64,000 nucleotides of DNA from an uncultured Acidobacteriota bacterium (GTDB taxonomy: Bacteria; Acidobacteriota; Vicinamibacteria; Vicinamibacterales; UBA8438), in NCBI GenBank assembly GCA_913043225.1, contig CAJWLU010000012.1, forward strand, positions 32,001-96,000, read 5' to 3'. The stretch's first letter is position 1. Every line of letters begins with the position of its first letter. Shown here one piece after another: positions 39,054 through 48,836 of this stretch. The notes below the pieces were generated by a model. It was not told the DNA's origin. It saw nothing but the letters and a program-made list of their open reading frames with translations, and ran no database searches. The position numbers and the translations under genes are program-made.

Positions 39054-40004
39054 TTAAGGTGCCGCAGGAGGCTCGATCCACTTACAGCCGAGCGTGGCTT
39101 CTGGGCCTGCGTCGTAGCAGGCCTCGATGGCCGCGTAGTCGTCGGCCATTGAGCCCGGCGCGTTCGGTGGCATGAAGTCGTTGACGTGATACTCGCCGGC
39201 GTCCAGGAACCGTCTTGGATCAGGAGCCCGGTGGCAGGTGGTGCAACCGTTACCTTCGATGTGTACCGTGCGCCGGTCCCACTCGGGGCCGCCGATGATC
39301 CAGTACGGCGCATTGGCGCCGCCTAGCTCGGGAATGACCGGCTCGCCCGGGTCCTCGGGCCAGCGCGCGCTGTCGATCCAGGGATCGTGGATGAACGGAT
39401 CCGCCTGGTGACACCGGGTGCATTGGATGGGGGGTGGCATGAATGCCGCATCGAAGCCGGGATCGTCCGGGCCAGGTAGCTTCCCGCTGAGGATGCCCTG
39501 GGCGTCGAACTCGAGTAGATCCGGCTGAGGATTCGGGCGGTCGGGGTCGGCGTCTGGCGCTTCGAAGAAGGCGGTGGCGCCGGTTCGTTTGTTGTGCCCG
39601 ATCATCTGCACCGAGAGGATGCGGCGTTCGTAGAGCTCGACTCCGGCCGAACGGCAGAAGTACACCCACACAACGTCGGGTAGCGGCTCACCAACGCTGT
39701 CTCGGCCTGCGAGCCGGTTAACCCGTGAGCCGACGTAGCAGCTGCCACGAAAGTCGGGGTTGTCGCAGGCAAAGCGCTCCTGGTCCTCGAACACCTCGAC
39801 GCCGTCGACATGAATCGGCACCCGCACGCCCAAGCCGCAGTCGACGGTTGGCACCACGCCGAGCTCAGAATCAACCATCCGTGCATACTCTGACGCCGTC
39901 TCCGGCATGTTCTCGGCCGGCAGGTATTGTGCGGCGCCGTGGCCGGCCAGGACCAGAGCGGGAAGAATTAGTGCGGTGGCGGCGAGCGGACGAAGGTATC
40001 GCAT
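39054..40004 (-). CDS. Secreted dihaem c-type cytochrome of unknown family
   Basis: Signal peptide; CTRCH and CTTCH. Confidence 0.7.
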   Translation of the reverse strand: MRYLRPLAATALILPALVLAGHGAAQYLPAENMPETASEYARMVDSELGVVPTVDCGLGVRVPIHVDGVEVFEDQERFACDNPDFRGSCYVGSRVNRLAGRDSVGEPLPDVVWVYFCRSAGVELYERRILSVQMIGHNKRTGATAFFEAPDADPDRPNPQPDLLEFDAQGILSGKLPGPDDPGFDAAFMPPPIQCTRCHQADPFIHDPWIDSARWPEDPGEPVIPELGGANAPYWIIGGPEWDRRTVHIEGNGCTTCHRAPDPRRFLDAGEYHVNDFMPPNAPGSMADDYAAIEACYDAGPEATLGCKWIEPPAAP

Positions 40005-40098
40005 GAGATGTCTTGTGGCTGTGTCGCCAGCATCCTACCCGATCGGGCTGGTTGGGTACAGGCGCCGTCGCAGGGGGCGCAATGCCAGGGGAACCCGC

Positions 40099-40994
40099 CT
40101 ATTGGTCCAGGGCGCGCGCCGTCTCGAGCATGTGCGTGAGGCTGACGTTCCCCTCATGGCAGGCATACTCAAACAATGGGGCCTCGGACCGCTTCATGGG
40201 GACCCGCGCGGTCCAGGTCGTGGCCCACATCTTCGGGTCGTTCACGGTGAACTCGTATTGCAGGGTGTCGCCGATCCGGGTGAACCGCTCGACTAGCTGG
40301 CTCGGCTCGACGCCCAACATCGCCAATTCGCCATCGAAATTGGCAGACTCCACGACCAACGTGTCGCCATCCCAGCGCCCGCGGCCGTTGCCGCCGAACT
40401 GCGGAAGCCCTGAGCTGGGGCGTCCGTCCAGCGGGATGATCCGCACGAAGTGCACGCTCTCGGCCAGGAGGGCAACGACGTCGGGGGTCTGAAAGATCTG
40501 GACGTTGTTGTTGTACGGCTCGGGGATGAACGGAAAGCCGATGGTGCCGAGGCATCGGTCGAGAAGATTGAGCTGCGTGTAGGTGACGAACGGTTGCTCG
40601 GCGTAGGAACCGATCGCGGCCCGAGATCTTGCGACGGCGCCGAGAACCGTTGGAGGGTAGCGCCCGGTGGGTGGGTCGATGATGAGGGAACTGCGACGGT
40701 CGTCGACGACGTCGGTGCCCCGGTCGACGAACGCACGCTGGAAGGGTGGGGCGAAGCGTTCCCGGGCGTCCTGTACGCTTCTGACGTAGGCCTCGGCCTC
40801 CGACAAGATAGCCAGATTCCGGTGGGTGTCCGGCCGCGAGAGCGGGGTCAGCGAGCGGCAGTCCCAGATTCCGCCAAGAATCCGGCCCCCCCCCACGGGG
40901 TACGCGGCGTCTCCGTGGCCTGGCTTCTGACAAGGCCTGCGCTCAGAAGCAGCACGGGTGCCAGCAGCCCCAGCATGGCGAGGTGGCGTCGCAT
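40099..40994 (-). pseudogene. EYACHEGN-family gene (copy 4), frameshifted at a G9 tract
   Basis: ATG 40994 frame gives a signal peptide plus ETPRTPWGG; the rest (LGGIWD...FEYACHEGN) is in another frame; C9 on plus strand at 40886-40894. Confidence 0.75.
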
Positions 40995-41303
40995 GATGAT
41001 TCTCACGATACCTCAGCATGCTTCCTGCGGCTCGACGGTGTCTTTGTCTCACCGTTTGTCGATAGCTCATGCCTAGACAGCACGCGGGTCAGGTGGTCAG
41101 TGCAGCAAAGTCCTGCAATAGAGAACATGTTTTCTCTTTGGGCGATGACTGGATCGACGGAATAATGGAGAAGGTGGTTAATTGGTTTGTCTGGAGTCCT
41201 GTCGCAACCAAGTCAGCGGTGCGGTAGGCACTGTCACGGAAAACTGATCAAGTTAGTGGCCGCAGCTCTTCGAGACGCGACGTAGCTATAAGGAGGAACA
41301 CAT

Positions 41304-41546
41304 ATGGCAGTTGATGTGAATAAGACTTTAAAGTCGGCACTGGCCGCGCTGGAGTCGCAGCGAGCCGAGATCGACAGACAGATCGCCGGTATCCAGGCGG
41401 TGCTCGGTGCCACGAGCAAGGCTACGGTCGCAAGCCGTCCCCGACGGAAGCGCCGGAAACTAACTGCGGCGGAGAAAAAGGCAATTTCGCGCCGGATGAA
41501 AGCTTCCTGGGCTAAGCGAAAATCAGCGTCCAAGCGTAGCCGGTAG
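41304..41546 (+). CDS. Small highly basic protein, possible nucleoid-associated/DNA-binding
   Basis: AGGAGG SD; N-terminal coiled coil, RPRRKRRKLTAAEKKAISRRMKASWAKRK. Confidence 0.75.
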   Translation: MAVDVNKTLKSALAALESQRAEIDRQIAGIQAVLGATSKATVASRPRRKRRKLTAAEKKAISRRMKASWAKRKSASKRSR

Positions 41547-41634
41547 TCTTGAAGGACCGAGCGCTTCTCCGCGTCGGCCGTCCTTACTTGGGCTGATACA
41601 CTCGCGGCGATCCGAGTTGTTCGGGTGGCCGCTT

Positions 41635-43665
41635 ATGTCACATAACCCCGTGCGTTCGTTCGTTGTGACGCTCGCCGTTGTCACAGCCGGGAGTGTCGCG
41701 TCTTGGTCTGAGCGCGCCTATGCTGGCCAGCACGGCGCGCTCGGCGGCGAGTGGCGTAGCTATGCCGGCGATGCCGGCAGCACTAAGTACTCGCCGCTCG
41801 ACGAGATAACAACTGAGAACTTCGGCGCTCTCGAACTGTCGTGGCGCTGGGTCTCGGTAGACGGTAAGCTCGACCTCGACGCGCTCCGCGATCGTTACCC
41901 GGCCCTCCGGGTAGCCAACGACACTGCCAATATCAGCATCAATGGGCTGAAGGGCACGCCCCTGATGGTGGGCAATACGCTCTATTTGAGTACACCGCTG
42001 TCGCAGGTGGCTGCGATCGATGCCGCGACTGGTCAGACCCGCTGGGTGTACGACCCACGAAGCTATGCAGCCGGCATACCGATCATGGTGCTCGGTTTCA
42101 GTAACCGCGGTCTGGCGTACTGGAGCGACGGCGAGCGTGGGCACGTCATCTGGGCTACCGGCGATGCCATGATGCACGCCGTCGACGCGGTCACCGGCGT
42201 GCCGGTAACCGGGTTCGGCGAGAACGGCAGCGTCGACCTGATGCGGGGCATCTCACGGGCTCGCCGTGACCCGCCTCCCATCAACTACTCGGTCACCTCA
42301 CCGCCAGTGGTGTGCAACGACGTGGTCGTCGTCGGGTCGGCTGTCTCGGACCAGCCTCGCTTCATGGAGTCACCGCCGGGCCATGTGCGCGGGTTCGATG
42401 CCCGGACGGGCGCGTTACGCTGGACGTTTCACACCGTGCCGCAGCCCGGCGAGTTCGGTCACGACACCTGGGAGGCGGGGGCGGCCTCCTACAGCGGGAA
42501 TGCCAACGTCTGGACCATGATGAGCGCTGATCCCGAGCTGGGCTATGCCTACTTGCCGGTCGGCAACGCCACCAACGATCACTACGGCGGGCATCGTCCC
42601 GGTGCCAATTTGTTCGCGAACAGCCTGGTGGCGGTCGATTGCGCGACAGGGCAGCGTGTTTGGCACTTTCAGATGGTGCATCACGACCTCTGGGACTACG
42701 ACCCGCCCGCGGCGCCTAATCTGGTCGACATCACCGTGGACGGCCGCCGGGTGCCGGCAGTGGCGCAGGTCACCAAGCACGCCTTCACCTTCGTCTTCGA
42801 TCGGGTCACCGGCGATCCAGTCTGGCCCATTGAGGAGCGCGCCGTCTCACCTTCGACGGTGCCGGGAGAGTGGACGTCGCCCACCCAGCCGTTTCCAACC
42901 AAGCCGCCGTCGTTCGATCGGCAGGGTGTCACCGTCGACGATCTGATCGACTTCACGCCCGAACTGCGGGCTGAGGCGGTCGATCTCCTGGATGGCTATT
43001 TGTACGGACCGATGTTCACTCCGCCGTCGCTGATCGGCACAGGTCCGGACGACACGAAGGGGACCATCGCCCTGCCTGGCTACATCGGCGGGGCCAACTG
43101 GAACGGCGCCGCCGCCGATCCCGAGACCGGAATTCTGTATGTGCCGTCGATTACCCAGCCGATTATCCCGGCTCTGGTTCAGCTTGGGCCGGACCAATCG
43201 AACTTGCGGTACTCTCGCGGGCAGATGCGGCCACCTGGCGGACCAGACGGGCTGCCGCTGTTCAAGGGGCCGTATGGGCGGATCACGGCCATCGATCTCA
43301 ACCGCGGCGAGATCGCCTGGCAGCGTCCCAATGGCCTGGGATCGCCGGCCGTTCGGGACCATGCCCGCCTGCAAGAGGTTGATCTGCCACCGCTGGGCAG
43401 CGGGCGAGACTTTCTGTTGGTGACCCCCACCCTGCTGATCAGTGCGCAGCAGACGCCTGGCGCGGGTGGCGGGTGGGTGCTGGCCGGCCGGGACAAGGCC
43501 ACGGGCGATGTGGTGGCCGAGATTCCGCTACCGGGCCGCTCCATCGGGGCTCCCATGACCTACGAGGTCGGCGGCCGGCAGCACATTGCGGTGACGATAC
43601 GCGGCCCACGCGACGCTCCTCCCGAGCTGATCGCGCTGGCGCTGCCGCGGGACGGAGGGGTGTGA
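41635..43665 (+). CDS. PQQ-dependent dehydrogenase (glucose dehydrogenase-like)
   Basis: KYSPLDEI, HHDLWDYD, GGANWNG, PYGRITAIDL. Confidence 0.9.
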   Translation: MSHNPVRSFVVTLAVVTAGSVASWSERAYAGQHGALGGEWRSYAGDAGSTKYSPLDEITTENFGALELSWRWVSVDGKLDLDALRDRYPALRVANDTANISINGLKGTPLMVGNTLYLSTPLSQVAAIDAATGQTRWVYDPRSYAAGIPIMVLGFSNRGLAYWSDGERGHVIWATGDAMMHAVDAVTGVPVTGFGENGSVDLMRGISRARRDPPPINYSVTSPPVVCNDVVVVGSAVSDQPRFMESPPGHVRGFDARTGALRWTFHTVPQPGEFGHDTWEAGAASYSGNANVWTMMSADPELGYAYLPVGNATNDHYGGHRPGANLFANSLVAVDCATGQRVWHFQMVHHDLWDYDPPAAPNLVDITVDGRRVPAVAQVTKHAFTFVFDRVTGDPVWPIEERAVSPSTVPGEWTSPTQPFPTKPPSFDRQGVTVDDLIDFTPELRAEAVDLLDGYLYGPMFTPPSLIGTGPDDTKGTIALPGYIGGANWNGAAADPETGILYVPSITQPIIPALVQLGPDQSNLRYSRGQMRPPGGPDGLPLFKGPYGRITAIDLNRGEIAWQRPNGLGSPAVRDHARLQEVDLPPLGSGRDFLLVTPTLLISAQQTPGAGGGWVLAGRDKATGDVVAEIPLPGRSIGAPMTYEVGGRQHIAVTIRGPRDAPPELIALALPRDGGV

Positions 43666-44864
43666 TGACAATCCGAATTGGCGTGGCGCTCGGCGCCCTG
43701 GTGTTCGCTTCGACGCCGATCCAGGCGCAGGTCGAAAAGCAGTTCATCAACCCGGCGGGCGGGTTCACCCAGGTGGTGACTGCCGAGGACCGGGGCGTGA
43801 CGACCATCTATGTTTCAGGCCAGGTGGGCAGCGGGTCGACCCTGCAGGAGCATGCCGAGTCGGCGTTCGCTGGCGTGGCGTCGCAGCTTGAGGCGGCCGG
43901 CGCGACCATGCGCGATGTCGTCAAGATTCGGATCTACGTTACCGATTTCCACCCGTCGGAGTACGGCGTAATCAGCGAGGCGCGGCTGGCTGCCTTTCCA
44001 GAGGACGCCTGGCCGGCTAGCACCATGATTGGCGTGAACGCGCTCGCCGCAGAGAACTTCAGGGTGGAGATCGAAGCCACAGCAGTGGTGGCCGAGCCGG
44101 ACGCTGACTTTGAGCTGGCCCGCATCGGTCCCTCCAGAGGTTTCAACCAGGCGGTCATCGTGCGCCACGGCGCGGTGAAGACGATCTGGATTGCCGGTCA
44201 GGTGGGGCAGGGCGATACCCTGACCGAGCAGACGCGCGTCGTGCTCGACCGAGTATCGCAGCGCCTCGAAGCCGCCGGCGCGACGATGGCCGACGTCGTC
44301 AAGTCGAACACCTACATCGTCGACTTCGATCCAGACACGCAGCTGCAAGCGTTCGCGGAGGGCCGGACGGGAGCCTATGGCGACAACCCGCCTTCGAGCA
44401 CATTGATCGGCATCGACCGGCTGGTGAACGACTCGATGCAGATCGAGGTGGACGCGGTTGCGGTGGTGGATGAGAGCGAGCACACCGAGCGCGTCACGAC
44501 GGAGCACCTCGACCCGGCTGGCTCTTTCACCCAGGTGGTAACGGTGCGCGGCGCCGGCGCCAAGACCATCTATGTATCCGGACAGGTGGGGCAGCCGGGT
44601 GATTCTCTGGAAGCCCAGGCAGTGCAGGCGTTCGCCGGCATGAAGGAACGGCTGGCGCTGGCCGGGGCGGCCCCAGAAGACCTGGTTAAGGTCCTCTACT
44701 ACATCCCTGGCTACACCCCTGGGAACGCCGGCATCGGTGCCGCGCGCGAGGCGAACGACTGGCCCACCGACAACCCGCCTGCCGCGACGTTGCTCGGTAT
44801 CCACTCGCTATTCTCGTCCACGGCGACATTCGAATACGAAGGCATCGCGGTTGTAGACCCTTAG
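43665..44864 (+). CDS. Secreted protein with three tandem Rid (YjgF/YER057c/UK114) domains
   Basis: Signal peptide ending IQA-Q; three repeats of TI(Y/W)(V/I)(S/A)GQVG...AGA...D(V/L)VK...P(A/S)(S/A)T(M/L)(I/L)G. Confidence 0.85.
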   Translation: MTIRIGVALGALVFASTPIQAQVEKQFINPAGGFTQVVTAEDRGVTTIYVSGQVGSGSTLQEHAESAFAGVASQLEAAGATMRDVVKIRIYVTDFHPSEYGVISEARLAAFPEDAWPASTMIGVNALAAENFRVEIEATAVVAEPDADFELARIGPSRGFNQAVIVRHGAVKTIWIAGQVGQGDTLTEQTRVVLDRVSQRLEAAGATMADVVKSNTYIVDFDPDTQLQAFAEGRTGAYGDNPPSSTLIGIDRLVNDSMQIEVDAVAVVDESEHTERVTTEHLDPAGSFTQVVTVRGAGAKTIYVSGQVGQPGDSLEAQAVQAFAGMKERLALAGAAPEDLVKVLYYIPGYTPGNAGIGAAREANDWPTDNPPAATLLGIHSLFSSTATFEYEGIAVVDP

Positions 44865-44899
44865 GCGTCAGAGACCGCCAGAGGTTGTCGGCTGGGCGT

Positions 44900-45150
44900 G
44901 TCTGTCGCTCACGCCGTTGACCGCTCGGTGCGTGGGTCGACGCTAGCCGACGGCGAGTTGGGCTAGAGGGCTCGACGAAGATGGCCGCCGAGGCGAACAC
45001 TAGTGCGAGCAGCAGTAGCAAGAACACCGCCCACGCGATTCTAGTCGCCTAATTCTGGAACGGCGCCACCGAGAAGAACGCCGGAAGCTCGTTGAATACC
45101 TGTCGGGCGAAGTAGGTGAAGATCGGCAGTGCGGCTAGGCTAAGTGAGAG
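44900..45150 (-). pseudogene. Membrane-protein remnant with in-frame TAG
   Basis: LAALPIFTYFARQVFNELPAFFSVAPFQN*ATRIAWAVFLLLLLALVFASAAIF; no start codon; boundaries approximate. Confidence 0.35.
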
Positions 45151-45231
45151 TCTTTAGCGAAGACTTTGCAGGGAAAAGTACAGGTTGGACTTCGCTATAA
45201 TCGGCCAGTGACTAGGGAATGAGGAGCGACG

Positions 45232-46230
45232 ATGAACGTCCTACGATTACTCGCGATGCGCTTGGCTGGAGGCTTGGCGCTTGTAACTCTCGTCGCCGTT
45301 TCGGCGCTTGGACAGTCGACGACCGACGTCCCACGGACCCCGTGGGGTGTCCCCGATCTCGGTGGCGTATGGGACTACCGAACGATCACGCCGCTTGAGC
45401 GTCCCGAGGAATACGGCGACCGCGCGTTTCTGACCGACGAGGAGGTTGCCGAGCTCGAGCGCGAGGCAGAAGATCGCGAACGCGTGGCCGACGAGGCGCC
45501 TGCCAGGCTGACCGAGGTGGCCGAGGAGGGCGCTAATTTGGTGTCGGTGGTCGGTTGTTGCAACCGCTTCTGGCTGGACTATGGCACGCAGGCGCAGGCC
45601 ACCGGACGCACCTCCCTCATCATCGATCCACCGAACGGCCGCCTGCCGGCGATGACTCCGGAGGCCGAGGCACGGCCTCCAAGGCGTAGCTCATTCGGTA
45701 CGCATGCCTTCAACTCGATGGAGGACTTCAGTCCGTCTGACCGTTGCACGGCGACGCTTGGCGTTCCGATCCGTCCGATTCCCTACAACAACAATATCCA
45801 GCTGTTCCAGACCGAAGAGCACTTGGTGATGTTTGTGGAGATGATGAAGACTATGCGGATCATCCCGATCAGCGAGCGGCCCCATAGCGCGGTGCGGCAA
45901 GATGCTGGTAGCTCCAGTGCCCACTGGGAAAACGATGTCCTGGTGGTGGAGACCACCAATTTTGCAGACGGACCGTCGGTTGGTGGCGCGAGCGCAGAGG
46001 CGACGTTGATCGAGCGCTTCCGGCGGGTCAGTTCCGAGATCCTCGAGTACGAATACACCGTTGATGACCCCGCCACCTGGACCGCGCCCTGGTCGGCGCT
46101 CCAGACCCTACGGAGCAACCCGCTGCCCATCTTCGAGTACGCCTGTCACGAGGGTAACTACGGGATGACGAATATGCTCCGTGGTGCTCGGCTCGAAGAG
46201 GCGAGGGCGGCGGAGCAAGACGCACGCTAG
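45232..46230 (+). CDS. Secreted EYACHEGN-family protein (copy 5)
   Basis: PRTPWGVPDLGGVWDYRTITPLERP, FEYACHEGN; SD GAGGAG; TATAAT at 45196-45201. Confidence 0.87.
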   Translation: MNVLRLLAMRLAGGLALVTLVAVSALGQSTTDVPRTPWGVPDLGGVWDYRTITPLERPEEYGDRAFLTDEEVAELEREAEDRERVADEAPARLTEVAEEGANLVSVVGCCNRFWLDYGTQAQATGRTSLIIDPPNGRLPAMTPEAEARPPRRSSFGTHAFNSMEDFSPSDRCTATLGVPIRPIPYNNNIQLFQTEEHLVMFVEMMKTMRIIPISERPHSAVRQDAGSSSAHWENDVLVVETTNFADGPSVGGASAEATLIERFRRVSSEILEYEYTVDDPATWTAPWSALQTLRSNPLPIFEYACHEGNYGMTNMLRGARLEEARAAEQDAR

Positions 46231-46348
46231 TCGACAGGTGTCGGAGCCGCCGGCTGCCACGAGCACCACCAGTTCGCAGTTAATCTTCCGGGGATCGGCT
46301 GCGTTCGGGGCTCCACCGGGTCAGTCTAGCAGTCGCGCTGGGACAGCC

Positions 46349-48460
46349 TTATTCCGGTAGTGCGAAGACGAACAGCGCGTTGCCGCCTTCCGGTTGATAG
46401 ACCTCGGGGTTTAGCGTGGCGGTCAGGCTGCGGAACACCCCGCCGAGGGCCGCCGGCACCGCGATGAATTGACGCCCGCCCGCTTCGTACGTGATCGGGT
46501 AGCCGTGGGCCGAGGCGGCGAGCCTGGTCTTCCAGAGGACCTCCCCTGTCTCGACGTCGAACGCCTGGTAGTAGCGCGCTCCGTCACCGGCGAACACCAG
46601 GCCGCCGCTGGTGGTCAGCGCTGAAGTAAGGAAGGGCGTGCGCTGCTCGTGGCTCCAGAGTTCTTCCATGGTGCGCACGTCGTAAGCGGCCAGCTTGCCG
46701 ACGTTGCCGTTGCTGCCCGGCATCTCCAGCAGCTCGTAGCGGCCGGCCGTGCCGCCGCCACCCTCCACGAACTCCACCTCGCGCCCCGTCAGGTACATAC
46801 AGGCCTGGTGCAGCGGGATCACCAGGGTGCCGGTGTCGGGGTCGTAGGCAGACGCCTGCCAGTTGTGCCCGCCGAGCAGACTTGGACAGGTGAACACCCG
46901 TTCGCCCACGGCGATGTCCTGCAGGTCGTCGCGGTAGGTAAGCTCGCCCGTCGTCCGGTCGATCGTCTGGAAGACGTCCTGGTAGACGGTCTCACGCAGC
47001 GCCAGGAATTCGCCGGTGCGTCGGTCGAGCTTCCAGAGAATGCCGTCCTTCCCGATGGTGAAGAGCCACTGTTCGCCGTCAGCGTCCACCAGCACTCGCT
47101 CGTAGACGATGTCGAGGTCGAGGGTCTCTCCCGGCGCATGCTGGAAATACCACCGCACCTGTCCGGTGGCGGGGTCAAGGGCGAGCGTCGAGTTGGTGTA
47201 GAGTGCGTCCTGCCGCGTGGTCATGCCCCGGCTGGCCGCTACCCACGGCTTGGCTTGGGCCGTGCCGATGTAGAAGAGCCCCAGGTCGGCATCGAAGCTG
47301 CCAGGAATCCAGGCGTCGCCCCCGGCGCGCAGATAGGGCGGGGTGTCGCCCCACGACGCGTCGTTTGGGTCGCCCGGGAGCGCCACGGTGGAAGTGCGCC
47401 ACAGCTCGGCGCCGGTGTCGGCATCATGCCCGGTGATGAAGCAGGTCTGCTCGGTGAACCGTTCGCAGCCGTTGGTTCCGGTGATGACCACGCCGTTGGC
47501 CACCACCGGTCCGGCGTTCTGTCTGAACCCGGCGGCATAGTCGGTTTTGACCGTGCGCCACACTTCTGCGCCGGTTTTGGCATCGAGCGCCACCACGGCC
47601 GCATCGGCGGTGGCGAGAAACAGCTTGTCGTCGTAGAGCGCGAGGGTGCGGGACAGTCCGCCCCGTACGTCGTCCGGCAACGGCGCCCGATAAACCCAGA
47701 TGACGTCGCCGGTGGCTGCGTTGATCGCCTGCACAACGTTTCCCGGGTTGGCCAGGAACATCACCCCGTCGTGGACCAGCGGCGTGGTCTGGTGATTGCC
47801 GGAGCGGACTGAGATGGACCAAGCCAGCTGCAGGTCGCCGACGTTTTCGCGTGTGATCTCGTCGAGCGGACTGTAGCCGTGCGCGTTGCGCGTTCGACGC
47901 CAGCTCAGCCAGTCTTCCGGTGGAGGATCGGCCAGCAGCGCGTCGGTCACCGGCGTTAGCTCGAACGGTACTTCCTGGTTCACGAACCGGGTCGACCGAC
48001 GGAACACCCGCTCACCCGCCCTTTCGGCGCTTCGCGCCTCGGCGATGTCGGCCGCGTCGCCGATGGTCACGCCGGCGTCCACGGTGAGGGTCGTCTCGCC
48101 CGGTGCCGCGCCGTTCGATTCCAGCAGATACGCCACCAGATCGATGTAGGCCTGGTCGCTGAGCGTGCCGGCCTGGCCAGGCGGCATCTCGTCCTTCAAA
48201 TACCTCAAGAGCTCGTCGGTCGTTTGCCCCGCCCAGCCGTCGAGAAAGTCGACGCCAGAGAGCGCGGGTGCGTGGACCAGTCCCTCGAGTCTGACCCCGT
48301 GGCATTCCTCGCACTGGAGGCCGTAGACTGACCACCCGTTGCCGGCCTGTTCGGCGGTGAAGGCACCGTCGGCCTGAGGCTGCTGCGCGGCGACGGTTGT
48401 GCCCGCAAGCGTGACGCTGGTCGCCACGGTCATGATGCGAAGGAACGAGCGGTGCGACAT
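46349..48460 (-). CDS. PQQ-dependent dehydrogenase with N-terminal cytochrome c domain
   Basis: CEECH and distal MPPG; WLSWRRT..HGYSPL, LDLD, GKDG, GGHNW; SD GGAGG. Confidence 0.9.
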   Translation of the reverse strand: MSHRSFLRIMTVATSVTLAGTTVAAQQPQADGAFTAEQAGNGWSVYGLQCEECHGVRLEGLVHAPALSGVDFLDGWAGQTTDELLRYLKDEMPPGQAGTLSDQAYIDLVAYLLESNGAAPGETTLTVDAGVTIGDAADIAEARSAERAGERVFRRSTRFVNQEVPFELTPVTDALLADPPPEDWLSWRRTRNAHGYSPLDEITRENVGDLQLAWSISVRSGNHQTTPLVHDGVMFLANPGNVVQAINAATGDVIWVYRAPLPDDVRGGLSRTLALYDDKLFLATADAAVVALDAKTGAEVWRTVKTDYAAGFRQNAGPVVANGVVITGTNGCERFTEQTCFITGHDADTGAELWRTSTVALPGDPNDASWGDTPPYLRAGGDAWIPGSFDADLGLFYIGTAQAKPWVAASRGMTTRQDALYTNSTLALDPATGQVRWYFQHAPGETLDLDIVYERVLVDADGEQWLFTIGKDGILWKLDRRTGEFLALRETVYQDVFQTIDRTTGELTYRDDLQDIAVGERVFTCPSLLGGHNWQASAYDPDTGTLVIPLHQACMYLTGREVEFVEGGGGTAGRYELLEMPGSNGNVGKLAAYDVRTMEELWSHEQRTPFLTSALTTSGGLVFAGDGARYYQAFDVETGEVLWKTRLAASAHGYPITYEAGGRQFIAVPAALGGVFRSLTATLNPEVYQPEGGNALFVFALPE

Positions 48461-48836
48461 GACGTCTACCTCCGGGAGCGAACGGGGGCCGAGGTGGTAT
48501 GTGGTGCGTGTGGTCCTTATACCACCACTTGGCAGACCCTGTGTCCGGCGCACCAGGTGTGGCGCACGCAGTGCTCTTGAAGGGCCCGTTTAGGAGGTTG
48601 TCCAGGTCACCGGGAAGGCGAGCAGTGCTTCGCGATTGATTGGCGGGAGTCCCTGCAGCCTGGTCTGCCCCAGCGGGGTATTTGATGGTCAACTAGTGAC
48701 ATTCTGGTCTCCGCAAGCTTGCCGTTGCTGGCTCGACGGGGCAGGGGACTCGGTGACAGCCGCCGTGCACGGGGTGACAGTGCTGCCGGTCGTGTGCTCC
48801 GCATATGATCAGCAGCAGTCTCGAAGGAGACATGAC

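Noticed and set aside
48560..48575. TGGCGC-N6-TGCT as sigma-54 promoter
   Set aside because: Weak match in GC-rich DNA, far from the next start
46340..48606. GGACAGCCT and TTAGGAGGTTGTCC as IS ends around the quinohaemoprotein gene
   Set aside because: Short, degenerate and facing outward; no target duplication
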